Below are positions 63,751-64,000 of a stretch of 64,000 nt of DNA, piece by piece. Position 1 is the first letter of the stretch; every line of letters starts with the position of its first letter. The stretch comes from Amphiscolops sp. MND2022. Its lineage: Eukaryota. A model generated the notes under the pieces. The model worked only from the letters and a program-made list of their open reading frames with translations, had not been told where the DNA came from and ran no database searches. Location of the stretch: contig OZ076409.1 in the NCBI GenBank assembly GCA_964187785.1, forward strand, positions 44,270,001 through 44,334,000, in the 5' to 3' direction. The translations under genes were made by a program, and so were the position numbers.

Positions 63751-64000
63751 CCAAAAACAAAAAAAAATTTTTGCCGGATTCGTCCGAAAAACTGGAAAAT
63801 GTTGATTCGTCAGAAAAACTGGAGAAATTGGAAAAATGTTTGGAAAAAAGTTCTGCTAACGAAACCGATGCAAAAATTTCTCCAAAAAAGGGGATGATAT
63901 TATCGTTCCCGGAATATCCCAAGACGATGATAGAAATGAATGTCTGAGCCCTAGAGGGGGGAAATAAAATCACAGGCATAATCCCAATCCAAACTACTCA

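Larger units (their letters stand above)
56398..64000 (+). mobile_element. Decayed Gypsy/Ty3 LTR retrotransposon (continues beyond the window)
   Basis: 5' LTR, PBS remnant, gag, then PR-RT-RH-INT order, with numerous stops and frameshifts. Confidence 0.95.

Overview
AT-rich, transposon-dense eukaryotic (animal-like) DNA with spliceosomal introns and one 200-N gap; no prokaryotic operons, rRNA or CRISPR. (1) 1-~8.7 kb is the 3' half of a decayed Gypsy/Ty3-type retroelement. It has an integrase C-terminus, a TARG1/macrodomain-like ORF, short ORFs and a class I fusion-protein-like env, and its first ~2 kb belongs to a 2,723-bp tandem duplication. Convergent with env, on the minus strand, are a spliced JmjC-type dioxygenase gene (T-x-x-H-x-E...GxKxW...H motifs, basic tail) and a small Cys-rich signal-peptide gene with a decayed paralogue. 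This possible chromatin-modifier cargo is the most interesting item, but no 3' LTR was found to prove linkage. (2) ~11.5-20.8 kb holds scrambled relics of a Polinton/Maverick-type protein-primed PolB. (3) Two host genes on the minus strand: a 4-exon amino-acid permease (21.1-25.5 kb) and a 4-exon, ~299-aa orphan secreted protein (35.2-44.8 kb). (4) Three more Gypsy-related LTR structures (29.4-30.5 kb, 39.8-42.8 kb with a 5-bp TSD, 56.4 kb to the end); in all three a reading frame starts inside the LTR and crosses its 3' boundary in the same phase. (5) Many non-autonomous elements: Helentron/DINE-1-like, CCC...GGG TIR elements with 2-bp TSDs, a TA-flanked MITE, CORE-type SINEs, plus a perfect 78-bp palindrome. 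All family assignments come from motifs read by eye; no searches were run.
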